DNA of 64,000 nt, from NCBI GenBank assembly GCA_002269645.1, contig NIVC01000665.1:186001-250000 (forward strand). Reading direction: 5' to 3'. A program made the position numbers and the translations under genes. This stretch comes from Macrostomum lignano. Taxonomy: Eukaryota. The notes under the pieces were generated by a model. That model worked only from the letters and a program-made list of their open reading frames with translations, searched no databases and was not told the DNA's origin. Each line of letters begins with the position of its first letter. The first letter of the stretch is position 1. Positions 1-13,400 of this stretch are shown in pieces.

Positions 1-296
1 CTCCCCTTTTCTCCTCTCCTCTCCTCTCCTCTCCTCTCCTCTCCTCTCCTCTCCTCTCCTCTCCTCTCCTCTCCTCTCCTCTCCTCTCCTCTCCTCTCCT
101 TTCCTCTCCTCTCCTCTCCTCTCCTCTCCCCTTCTCTCCTCTCCTCTCCTCTCCTCTCCTCTTCTCTCCTCTCCTCTCCTCTCCTCTCCTCTCCTCTCCT
201 CTCCTCTCCTCTCCTCTCCTCTCTTCTCTCCTCTTCTCTCCTCTCCTCTCCTCTCCTCTCCTCTCCTCTCTCCTCTCCTCTCCTCTCCTCTCCTCT
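1..296. repeat. (CTCCT)n pentanucleotide microsatellite, running off the window start
   Basis: Direct reading of near-perfect CTCCT units. Confidence 0.97.
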
Positions 297-1418
297 TGTC
301 TTCTCATTCATTCTCTCGCCTCTCCATTCTCTTATCTCTCTTCTCTATTCCCTCTCTACTCTCCCCTCCTCTTACCCGCGGTCATGCGCTAGGATCTGTC
401 TGACCCTTGGGGTAAAAAGTTTACAGACCCACCCGTAGTGTAATAGACACTACGAGCGTGTGCAACAATAAGGAAGACATTTTGCTTTCAATGCTACTGT
501 TCGTGAGTAGAGTTACTGTTTGCATTTCCATTATTTCTTTCCCAGGTGGTGATTTACTGTCCAATGACGGGCATAGAGCAGACTTTTGTCTGCAAGGAGT
601 GGCTCAACACGGAGAACGCCTTCGAGAGAACCCTGATTGAAGACAAATCGCTTAGGAAGCAGAGAGATCAGCGTAAGCAGATAATCGATTTTGTAATTAG
701 TTAAAAGTATATTCAACTGACCAAAGTACGAAATCGAAAGAATCATTATCTGACGCATTCGCTTTAAAATTTCATTGCAGAAGGTAAGACTCAAATAACG
801 ACACCAGCTTTATTTAGATGTTTCCCCATAAACCTGTAAAAATCTTGTGGACAACCGTTTGGCATCATCATTTCGCCAATTAAGATTCACTTTTTTGTTG
901 TCTATCCCATTCTAGTCTTTAACTTTTATTTCAAGAATTATTTTTTGTTCATGTTGTCTCTGAATTGCCGAATGTCTTTTTTATTAATTTTTAACTGAGA
1001 AATATTTTAGTTTTCATTCTGTAGAGTTACATTCGAGCGTACTGACTATAGAGTGATCTACAGAACTCTATCAATAAAATGTTCTGAATGAGTTTCTACA
1101 GTTGGGCAGCAGTTTACATTAATTAAATAATGTAAAGAGAATCAGCAGAATGGATAAAACCCTCTAAGTTTATATTTTTAGATTTAGTATATGGACTAGC
1201 AATCCAGTGCCCCCCTTCAGGGCGCCCAATAAGCAAGGGACAAAACATTATTTATGTGAATCCTATTTTTCTTGACACCTAAGCAATTCCCTCAGTAAGC
1301 CTCGACATCTCAGCAATTCCCCCCGTAAGCTGTCATCCAGTAAGTTATACAGATAAGTGATGAGTATTTCCGATCTCTCATGGCTGCAATCCCATTGAAA
1401 ACCGTCCCTGCCGAGCAG

Positions 1419-4400
1419 AGGAGGAGTGGGCGGTGGAGGTGCACACTGGCGACAAGCAGAGCGCCGGCACCGACGCCCGAGTCTTCCTGGCGCTCTATGG
1501 CGACAAAGGCAAATCAGACGAAATCTTCCTCGACTCTGTCCGAGACAGCTTCGAGCGCGGCAAGGTGGACAGCTTCCAGATTCACACGCCGTTGGTGGGG
1601 ACGCCGTTCAAAGTGCGGATCGGACACGACAACTCCGGGGCCGCGGCTGGCTGGTTCCTGGAGCGTCTGCTGATGAGGCGCACAGGTGACGGCAGCGACG
1701 ATGCGGGCTTCGAGTTCCAGTGCGGACGGTGGCTGGCCGAGAGCGAGGACGACAAGTGCATCGTGCGGGAGCTGCCGGCAGAGGGAAAAGGCATCAGGAG
1801 CGTCCTGCCAGGTGAGAGGGGGGCGTGGTTAAGTAGATAGTCATAAGTCTTCGTATTCGACACATTGCATGTGTATTTTGAAGGTGGCCTTCATAAACAA
1901 GTTTTTCTAGTCGTCCTTCATATTCTGACAGATTTCTGGATTTACCAGCCTTCATAAATCCAATCTTCCTAAATCGGCCTTCATAAATCGGCCTTGATAA
2001 ACCGGTTTCCATAAACCGGCCTTCATAAATCAGCCTTCATAAATCGGCCTTCAAAAATCGGTCTTCATAAACCGTCCTTTAAATCGACCTTTATAAATCG
2101 GCCTTCATAAAGCGACCTTCATAAATCGGCTTTAAAAATTGGCCTTCGAAGATCGGCTTTAAAACTCGATTCCTAAGAAGCCCCACTATCCATCTCGCGC
2201 TCTCATCCCGCAGTGCACAAGTACCATGTGCTGGTGAAGACAGGCAAGGTTCGCTACGCAGGCACGGACGCGAACGTCTACTGCAATCTGTTTGGCAGCA
2301 AATCCGACACTGGCAACCGGGCATTGAAATACTCAAGTTCTCACAAGAATCCGTTTGAGAAGGGCAATGTGAGTAAATCTTACTTTATTATTATTATTAT
2401 ATTGATTACAGCGCCGACACCTTAGCTACAGTTGGCGCCGACTCCTTAACTACAGTTGGTGCCGATTCCATTAGATTCATTTGGCGCCAATTCCTTAAAC
2501 TACAATTGACGCCCATTTCATTAGCTACAGTTGGCGCCGATTTCCTTAGCTACAGTTGGCGCCAATTTCATTAGCTACAATTTGGCCGATTCCACTAATT
2601 ACAGTTGGCGCCGATTTTATTAGCTACAGTTGGCGCCGATTTCATTAGCTACAGTTGGCGCCTATTTCATTAGCTACAGTTGGCGCCGATTTCATTAGCT
2701 ACAGTTGGCGCCGATTTCATTAGCTACAGTTGGCGCCGATTTCATTAGCTACAGTTGGCGCCGATTTCATTAGCTACAGTTGGCGCCGATTTCATTAGCT
2801 ACAGTTGGCGCCGTTTCCACTAATTACAGTTGGCGCCGATTTCATTAGCTACAGTTGGCGCCAATTTCATTAGCTACAGTTGGCGCCGATTTCATTAGAT
2901 TCATTTGGCGCCAATTCCTTAAACAACAATTGACGCCAATTTCATTAGCTACAGTTGGCGCCAATTTCATTAGCTACAATTTGGCCGATTCCACTAATTA
3001 CAATTGGCTCTGATTCCATTAGCTACAGTTGGCGCCGATTCCATTAGCTACATTTGGCGCCGATTCCATTAGCTACATTTGGCGCCGATTCCATTAGCTA
3101 CAGTTGGCGCCGATTCCACTAATTACAGTTGGCGCCGATTTCATTAGCTACAGTTGGCGCCAATTTCATTAGCTACAATTTGGCCGATTCCACTAATTAC
3201 AGTTGGCGCCAATTTCATTAGCTACAGTTGGCGCCGATTTCATTAGCTACAATTTGGCCGATTCCACTAATTACAATTGGCTCTGATTCCATTAGCTACA
3301 GTTGGCGCCGATTCCATTAGCTACAGTTGGCGCCGATTCCATTAGCTACATTTGGCGCCGATTCCATTAGCTACAGTTGGCGCCGATTCCACTAATTACA
3401 GTTGGCGCCGATTTCATTAGCTACAGTTGGCGCCAATTTCATTAGCTACAATTTGGCCGATTCCACTAATTACAATTGGCTCTGATTCCATTAGCTACAG
3501 TTGGCGCCGATTCCATTAGCTACAGTTGGCGCCGATTCCATTAGCTACATTTGGCGCCGATTCCATTAGCTACAGTTGGCGCCGATTCCACTAATTACAG
3601 TTGGCGCCGATTTCATTAGCTACAGTTGGCGCCAATTTCATTAGCTACAATTTGGCCGATTCCACTAATTACAATTGGCTCTGATTCCATTAGCTACAGT
3701 TGGCGCCGATTCCATTAGCTACAGTTGGCGCCGATTCCATTAGCTACATTTGGCGCCGATTCCACTAATTACAGTTGGCGCCGATTTCATTAGCTACAGT
3801 TGGCGCCAATTTCATTAGCTACAATTTGGCCGATTCCACTAATTACAATTGGCTCTAATTCCATTAGCTACAGTTGGCGCCGATTCCATTAGCTACATTT
3901 GGCGCCGATTCCATTAGCTACATTTGGCGCCGATTCCATTAGCTACAGTTGGCGCCGATTCCATTAGCTACATTTGGCGCCGATTCCTTAAACTACAGTT
4001 CGCGCCAATTCCAAATCAATTCGCGACAATATCAAGCATTTCCTGTCTACAGCGGCGTCACTCTCCGCCCAATCATCTTAGCTGGCCCGGGTTTCCAGTA
4101 CATTTCTTTGAGACAATCATATCAGTGACATCTGCGGCCTCAAAACAAGCTACATTGCAGCCTTTGATTGGCTATTTTTTACCCTAAAATTGTAGCAACT
4201 CAAACTAACCGGTTCCTGGGAAGCAACAGAGAACGAGATTATCACTATTAGATGTCATGCAACCGGTTTTGCTAGCAAGATATGGGAAGTCTGGTTTGGT
4301 TAAAGCAAGCCGCGTCATTTACCAGCTTAGTAGCGAATTCGACATTGAATCTGAGTCAAGAGAACTTTTATAGAGGGAACCTGAGAATCTCCTATTCTCC

Positions 4401-7400
4401 ACCTGAGAATCGCCCATTCCCCATTTGAGAATCGCCCATTCCACACCTGAGAATCGCCCATTCACCACCTGAGAATCGCCCATTCCCCACTTAAGAATCG
4501 CCCATTCCCCACTTGAGAATCGCCCATTCCCCACCTAAGAATCGCCCATTCTCCACTTGAGAATCGCCCATTCCCCACCTGAGAATCGCCCATTCCCCAC
4601 CTGAGAATCGCCCATTCCCCACCTGAGAATCGCCCATTCCCCACTTGAGAATCGCCCATTCCCCACCTGAGAATCGCCCATTCCCCACTTGAGAATCGCC
4701 CATTCCCCACCTGAAAATCGCCCATCCCCGACACCTGAGAATCGCTCCTCCAGACACCTGAGAATCGCCATCCCTGACACCTAAGAATCGCCCTTACCTG
4801 ACACCTGACAATCGCCCTTCCCTGACACCTGAGAATCGCTCTCCCTGACACCTGACAATCGCCCTGCCTGACACCTGAGAATCGCCCTCCCTGACACCTG
4901 ATAATCGCGCTCCCTGACACCTGAGAATCGCCCTCCCTGACACCTGATAATCGCCCTGCCTGACACCTGAGAATCGCCCTCCCTGACACCTGATAATCGC
5001 GCTCCCTGACACCTGAGAATCGCCCTCCCTGACACCTGACAATCGTCCTTCCCTGACACCTGAGAATCGCCCTCCCTGACACCTGACAATCGTCCTTCCC
5101 TGACACCTGAGAATCGCCCTCCCTGACACCTGACAATCGCGCTCCCTGAAACCTGAGAATCACCCTCCCTGACACCTGACAATCGTCCTTCCCTGACACC
5201 TGAGAATCACCCTCCCTGACACCTGACAATCGTCCTTCCCTGACACCTGAGAATCGCCCTCCCTGACACCTGACAATCGCGCTCCCTGAAACCTGAGAAT
5301 CACCCTCCCTGACACCTGAGAATCGCCCTCCCTGACACTTGAGAGTCGCTCTTTCACCGTCTTCCGTCACCTGAGATCCCATTGAAGAACGGAAGCTCTG
5401 CTCCCCGGTCCCGCAGGAGGACGAGTTCGTGCTCGAAGCGGTCGGACTCGGCAAGCGAATCGACAAAGTTCGCATCGGACACGACGGGAAGAACGCCGGC
5501 AGCGGTTGGTACCTGGACAAGGTGACCGTCTGGCGGGAGGACCAGCCCGATAATAAATTTGAGTTCATCTGCGACAGGTCAGTTTAATCTGCTTAGTTTT
5601 CTTTTTTCCTTGCATTCTTTGGAAACTAATCAGTTCACAATCACGTTGTATAATCCCCATCAATAACCTGTGCTGAGTTTTACTCAGTTTAATAAACCGC
5701 ATTGGTTCGCTACCTTTATTACAGGTGGCTGGATTCCAAAGAAGATGACGGCTGCATTGAACGGGACCTCACAGCTTCTGGAACCCTGCTGGACAGTGAG
5801 TTGCTGGAGACAAAAACTGCTTTCAAACTGATATCAAGAATCAGATCGCAATGTTAGAAACTGAGCACAACTCCAGAATCTCTGAGCACAACCCCAGAAT
5901 CTCTGAGCACAACCCTAGAATCTCTGAGCACAACCCTAGAATCTCTGAGCACAACCCTAGAATCTCTAAGCACAACCCTAGAATCTCTGAGCACAACCCT
6001 AGAATCTCTAAGCACAACCCTAGAATCTCTAAGCACAACCCTAGAATCTCTAAGCACAACCCTAGAATCTCTAAGCACAACCCCAGAATCTCTGAGCACA
6101 ACCCTAGAATCTCTGAGCACAACCCTAGAATCTCTGAGCACAACCCTAGAATCTCTGAGCGCAACCCCAGAATCTCTGAGCACAACCCTAGAATCTCTGA
6201 GCACAACCCTAGAATCTCTGAGCACAACCCTAGAATCTCTGAGCACAACCCTAGAATCTCTGAGCACAACCCCAGAATCTCTGAGCACAACCCTAGAATC
6301 TCTGAGCACAACCCTAGAATCTCTGAGCACAACCCTAAAATCTCTGAGCAGAACCCTAGAATCTTTGAGCGCAACAATAGAATCTCTGAGCACAACCCCA
6401 GAATCTTTGAGCGCAACAATAGAATCTCTGAGCACAACCCTAGAATCTCTGAGCACAACCCTAGAATCTCTAAGCACAACCCTAGAATCTCTGAGCACAA
6501 CCCTAGAATCTCTGAGCACAACCCTAGAATCTCTAAGCACAACCCTAGAATCTCTGAGCACAACCCTAGAATCTCTGAGCACAACCCTAGAATCTCTGAG
6601 CACAACCCTAGAATCTCTGAGCACAACCCTAAAATCTCTGAGCGCAACAATAGAATCTCTGAGCACAACCCTAGAATCTCTGAGCACAACCCTAGAATCT
6701 CTGAGCACAACCCTAGAATCTCTGAGCACAACTTTATAGAATCTCTGTGCTTATTCCAAGAATTTCCAATCTCAATCTCCAGAACCTGTGATAGAAATCC
6801 ACACAGTCAGCTCTAACTCTCACTCTCACTCCGCAGAGCTCACCTACAACGTGTCGGTGAAAACAGGCGACGTGTCAGGCGCCGGCACGGACGCGAACGT
6901 CTTTCTCAACATCTTCGGCGACAAAGGCGAAACTGGCGAACGCCAGCTGAAAGCCTCCGAGGCAGCTTTCAATAAATTCGAGCGGAACCGCACCGACCTG
7001 TTTCGGATTGAGAGTCCCGATATTGGAAAGGTGGGCGGCTGTTTTGGCTGGCATTAAACACTTCGCTGGAAGCTTTATTGTTTAATAGTCTATTTGTACA
7101 CCTGAGAACACTCTACTAGCGTGTACAAAACGACACCACCAAAGTCATACCACCACTCAGCACCAAAGGCACGCCACCACTCAGCATCAAAGCCACGCCA
7201 CCACTCAGCACCAAAGCCACGCCAACACTCAGCACCAAAGCTACACCAACACTCAGTACCAAAGCTACACCAACACTCAGCACCAAAGCCACACCACCAC
7301 TCAGCACCAAAGCCACACCACCACTCAGCACCAAAGCCACGCCAACACTCAGCACCAAAGCTACACCAACACTCAGCACCAAAGCTACACCAACACTCAG

Positions 7401-10400
7401 CACCAAAGCCACGCCAACACTCAGCACCAAAGCCACACCAACACTCAGCACCAAAGCCACACCACCACTCAGCACCAAAGCCACGCCAACACTCAGCACC
7501 AAAGCTACACCAACACTCAGCACCAAAGCTACACCAACACTCAGCACCAAAGCTACACCAACACTCAGCACCAAAGCCACACCAACACTCACCATCTAAG
7601 CTACACCTCCACTTGGCGCCGAAGACGCACCACAACCAACCTAATAAAACATCATCCCAACGTGACTCCGATCCCCAAATTCACCGCCAATCTCAGCTGG
7701 AGCGAATCCGAATTCGACACGACGGCTCGAACCCCAACGCCGGCTGGTTCCTGGACTGGGTGCGCATCGCAGTGCCATCGCAGGGCAAGCAGTACAACTT
7801 TGCGGCGCACCGCTGGCTCGACACCAACGAAGCGGACAGGAAGCTCGAGGTGGATATTGACCTTAGCGAAGTCACGGACATTGAGCACAGTGAGTTGAAC
7901 AGATAACGGATCGTTGCAGTGGACTGCTAGAACGATACCCAGACAGATTAGGGACCGAGTAGTGGTGAGGGTTCGATTCCGAATGCACATAAATTTGGGG
8001 TGTTCGTAACGGAAATTGACGACCATAGGGTTTGTCTCGTGATTTCCACCCATGAGAGCCAACCATCAAGCATGACTACTTGCCTCCTGGCCTTAGTTCC
8101 GAGGCTGTCCCTTTTCAAATGGACATTATAAGCATTCACTGCAACCATACGCCGCTCCGCTCCCTCGTCCAGCGATTCCCTACGAGATCATCGTCCAGAC
8201 TGGCAACTGCCAGGGCGCCGGTACGGACGCCAACGTGTTCGTGCAGATCTACGGCGAAGATGGCCTTAAAACTGAGCAGACTCCGCTGCGCTCGCGGTCC
8301 GACAACTTCGAGAAGGGCAAGCTGGAAAAGTTCAAGCTCGACCTGCTCGACGTCGGGCCAATTCAGAAACTTCGCATTGGCCACGACGGCACCGGCTTCG
8401 GCGATGGCTGGTTCCTTGATCACGTGATCATCCGGCGCCACGTCATGAAGGGCTCGAAGCGGCTCCGGGCGAGCCTCGCCAATGCTGGCCGACGCCGCAA
8501 GTCGAAAAAGGCGCCGGGCCACGACAGACGCGCAGAGGATGACGGCGATGAAGACGCTGATTACGGCGACTTCCAGTCGCGTCGGGCCTCGTCCGCCTCT
8601 GGACTGTCCTCCCGTCAGCGGCCGCGCTCCGCCGCCGGTCGAGGCAGCCTCAGAGCTGGCGGTCGCGGTGGCAAGAGGGACAAGAGAGCCGACGACTATG
8701 ACGATGAAGACGACTTTAATGACGGCTATGATGACGACAGGTGGTCCGACGATCGCAGTCGCAAAGGTCGTCGAGGCACCACGGCGTCCTCATCGCGGTC
8801 TCCCAGCGCTGCAGGCAGCACGCGCCATCGCCAGTCGGTTCGCTCTGCAGCTGGCGGCTCAAGCCGTCGCGGCAGTCGCTACACTAGCGACGACGACGAT
8901 GAAAACTACGACGAAGAATTCGACGACAGCGCGGACAACTTTGACGATCGTCGATCCGTGCAGTCGCGTCGAGCTAGCTCGGCAGCCGCCTCGCGTCGAC
9001 GATCCTCCGTGAGGTCCCCGTCAGTTTCTGGCCCCCGTCGCGGCGGTGGCAAAAACAACTACGACATCGACGAGGATGACCAAGACGATGCGGATAACTT
9101 CGACGCCAGGACGCGAGTAGGCGGCGGCGAGGACGATGGCGAGGAGGAGGTGGTGGAGGAGTACTGGTTCTACTGCAACCGCTGGCTCGCTCGGGACGAA
9201 GACGACAAGCTCATCGTGCGCGAACTGCTGCCGACCACCAAGGACGGCAAGCCTCTGTCGCGGCTCAGCGAGCTGGTCTACGAAGTCCGCGTGCAGACAG
9301 GCGACAAGCTGGGCGCCGGCACAGACGCAAACGTCTTCCTGACTCTCTTTGGCTCGGAGGCAGACTCAGGCGAGCGCGAGCTCAGCTCCAGCGAGACCCA
9401 TAGGAACAAATTCGAGCGCAAAAACGAGGACATCTTCAAGCTGAAAGCTGTCGATCTTGGCGAACTGCGCAAAGTGAAGATTCGTCACGACGATAAGGGT
9501 GGCGGCGCGGACTGGTATCTGGACCACGTGATCGTATTAGACCCCAAGGCCAAGCGTGAGGTGTACTTCCCCTGCCACCAGTGGCTGTCCACATCGAGGG
9601 ATGGAGGTCACATCTCGCGCGACCTGCTGGCGGTGGACAAGTCGCACATGGGCAAAGATGTGCACGAGAAGCTGAAACTGGAGAAGAAAGGTGAGCAACT
9701 GCTTATGACCTCGAACTGTACTTTGGTTTCATCTTCACTAAATATTAGTTGACTATTGAAAACCTACATGATTATTCACGTCACAGGTTTCGATCTGCTT
9801 TCTCTGCCTTTGAAACTCTTTAATAAATATTTTCCTAATCCCTTTCAGTTAATTGCAAAAAGGATTATTGAACATTAAATTTGTAACGCTTCTATATTTT
9901 CAGACACGACTGAAGCAGGTGAATTGTTTTTGAGTGCTTGATGACTAAAAAGGATTGATAAATAGATCGAAGCCCACCTAGATAAAGCAAGAGAATCTTC
10001 GCACTTTAATAGTCCTGAACATCATTAATTTTTGTTAAATCGCTCCCCAGCGGAGAGCCAACCGGGTCGATAAGTCAGTCAGAATATTCGCACACTGTTC
10101 GCACTGTTGATTTACTTATCGGCATGAAAGTCATTGGAAATTCCTGCATGTAAAACTCCCACGTTTGTACGGAACGACCTTCTAATACGCCCTTGAGTTT
10201 GCTTGTCATTGATATCGGAGTACTTTAATTTAGCTACTTGTATTTAACTAAATTTTGTAGACTAAGCAAAAACCAAAGGTGAGGTCAAAGGCAAAGTCTT
10301 CAGGTTCCAGTATTAACCGGATAATTTCATTTTTACTTTTGACACTTGGCATCTGTTTGGCAGACTTTCCTAGCTGTAGTTCTGGGGGTCTAGGGGCAGT

Positions 10401-13400
10401 TGATTGCGACAAATTGACTGCCAAGGCCATTGGGGCACCAAATAAGACCATGTAACGGGATTCGATTTCGTGCATGGCCACATCGATTCGTGCTCGCGCA
10501 CCAAGAGACAGAGTGTACGAGAGCCCCCTGCGAGCTAACCGAAGAAAGCCAGTGGCATTTAACTGGGATTAGTTTGACAATCTACTGCGACATTCTGTAT
10601 CTATGGATTCTTTACTCTCACCATGCCGCCGCTCAAAAATATCTTTATGATTTATCACCCTATCACCACCGCAGCCGCGTCCGAAACCTACCACGTGAAA
10701 ATTTACACTGGCGATGTTTATGGAGCCGGCACCGATGCCAACTGCCACATCGTCCTGTTCGGCGACTCGGGCGACTCAGGCGTAGTGCCGCTGCAGCGGA
10801 GTAAGACCTATTCGGACAAATTCGAGCGAGGCCACTGCGACGAGTTTGAAATCGAACTGGTGGACATCGGCGAACTGAAGAAAATCAAGCTGGGGCATGA
10901 CAACTCCAATCCCAGACCGGACTGGTACGTAGAAAAGGTTGAAATCGACTGTCCGAAGTTGGGCACCTCCTGGCTGTTCAATGTCGGCGAGTGGATTGGC
11001 AAGAGCAAAGGCGACGGCCAGTTGGAGAAGACGCTGTACCCGCAGCAGGGCGCAACCAGGATTTACGCCAACCGTGAGTCCAAGAGTGCATAGAAGCGGA
11101 CTGGCCTCAGTGCCTCAGTGTAGCGCAATCTGAAATGGCCTTGGTCTCAGCTCTCACGGTTCGCAACTGTGTTTCTACCGTAATTCAGAGCTGCTGCTAC
11201 CGTGTCATAGCGGTTACGGGGGTTGGACAAGGATCCCCTCTATGGTGTGATTCCGCGTCCGTCCGCCTCAACGTTCATTTCATAGAAGTTAGGGCCACTG
11301 TACACACTGTGTGAGCGCGTTTCGAACTCTCAATGGAGTCAAACCAATCCAGCCTATATATAAGTTGTGCTCAACTATGCTTTGGTAAAGACTAAAGGCT
11401 TTGATAAGTCACTGGCGACAGGGACGTACGAGGTCAGAGAGTCAATAAAATAACCTTACCCGTCAATCAACAACAGGTGTGCCATACGAGATCACGACCT
11501 ACACGTCGGACAAGAGCGGCGCAGGCACCAGCGCCAATGTGTTCATCCAGATCTACGGCAGGGAGACTCAGACGGAGCAGAAGCTGCTCTGTTCCAAGAC
11601 CGATCGGTCAGGAAAATTCAAACGAGGCAGCGTAGACAAATTTGTGCTGGAGGTGAGCGCCGGGGATTGACCGCTCTGGCTGGACTTTTTAAGGGATTTT
11701 TTATTGTATTTAATTTTCCATAGAAAAGGGATCAGGCTCAATCAGATTTGTAGCTTCAGTTTGTAGCTGCAACTGGTAAAATCCTGTCTATCGGCTAGGA
11801 AACATGACTTAATAGATGGTGTGTATAACAGGTAACAACCTGTCTAAAATGTAGTACTTTGTCCAGCAAGTAACACCTAACATGTATCTAGCAGTCTCTT
11901 TTCTTATCTATCAGGTGACGCACCTCTAGCACCGAAGATCCTGTCTAAGAAGCAGTCATCTGTCTAACACCTTTCTATTTGGGCTCAAAAGGTTTATTTA
12001 TGGCAGTTATATTCATATCATAGTTCACGCACCGCCCGATTGTGCCCAATTTTTCCTATCCAGCTTGAAGACGTGGACGACCCGATTGAAAAGATTCGCA
12101 TCGGCCACGACGACGAGGGCCTTCGATCTGGCTGGCACCTGGACAAGGTGGAGATCAGAAAGTTCATCGAGGGCAAGGTAGGTACAAGTAGTTTTTTAAG
12201 CAAAGCTACAGTATGTATCTCTATAGAAATGTATTTTTAGCACTGTAGGGGGTCGAATTTCCAACCCTGCATTTTTGACCCTATCACAACGGATTTAAAT
12301 TGAGCTCTAGCTTGAGAGGGATGACGATGACTTTGGTTGACTTGCAGACACTGAGCTAACAACTGGCGCTATTGTACCTCATCTGGTACTTCTGGTACAA
12401 CGCAATAGAACAGCTAACAAAAAGCAGTTACACAATCGCATCAACTACGCCTCCCCAATATCCCTGGCAGACCTCGGTCACCTACGTGTTCCCATGCGGC
12501 CACTGGCTGGCCCGGGACGAAGAGGACCACGAGATCGTGCGCGAACTCGTGCCCAGCAAAGTGATTGAGGAAGACGACCGAATCGGCGGCAAAGGCAAGC
12601 GCCGCGAAAAAGATATGAAAGGCTCGCTGAAGAAGAAGACCTACAAGGTTCACGTGTTCACCGGGGACAAGAGTGGCGCCGGGACCAACGCCGACGTTTT
12701 CCTGACGGTCTTTGGCGAGAAAGGCGATACTGGCGAGCGCGAGCTCATCAACTCGGAGACGTACACGGACAAGTTTGAGAAGGGCCACGAGGACATCTTC
12801 ACCTGGGAAGCTGTTGACCTGGGCAAGCTTTACAAGATCAAAATCAGGCACAATGACAAGGGCTTCTTCTCCGACTGGTTCCTCGACCATGTCGAAGTGC
12901 ACGACACCGCGACGGGCGAGAAAACGTCGTTCTTTGCCGAGCGCTGGCTGTCCAAGAAGAAGGAGGACAAGAAGCTGCAGGTGACGGTCTATGCCCAGGG
13001 CTATGAGGGTGACATGGCCTCGTCCGCTTCCAGCATGCGCAGCCTGGGCTCGAGTCTCAGCGGTGTTGAGCGGGACAAGAGTCCTCGTGGCAGTTTGAGA
13101 AGAGCCTCGTCAACGTTGGAAAAAATTGCTGAGGGGCCGAGTGAGTTCTGAGCTTTTAAAACTTGGCGTTGAGTTACACATTAGTTGTTTGAATTACACA
13201 GAGAACAATCTCTATGACAGACAGAGTAATTCGCATGACAGGTGACTATTAATCTCCTTGAGATCTAATCGGACCTTCCCATTGTAACCCCGCCCCTCAG
13301 CCGGTGACTACAACATCACGTTCACCACTGGCCGAGCGAAGGGCGGCACCGCCACGGAGGGTCCAATCTGGGTGCGACTGTACGGCTACCAGCCGCCGAC

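Noticed and set aside
434-454. 8 bp hairpin CGTAGTGT-AATAG-ACACTACG as a Helitron end or terminator
   Set aside because: No downstream CTRR terminus or matching 5' end is seen; one such hairpin is expected by chance in 64 kb.
458-1418. LOXHD1 start codon or first exon within the window
   Set aside because: No convincing ATG-containing phase 1 exon was found. Vertebrate LOXHD1 has 15 PLAT domains against 13 here, so the gene probably starts upstream.
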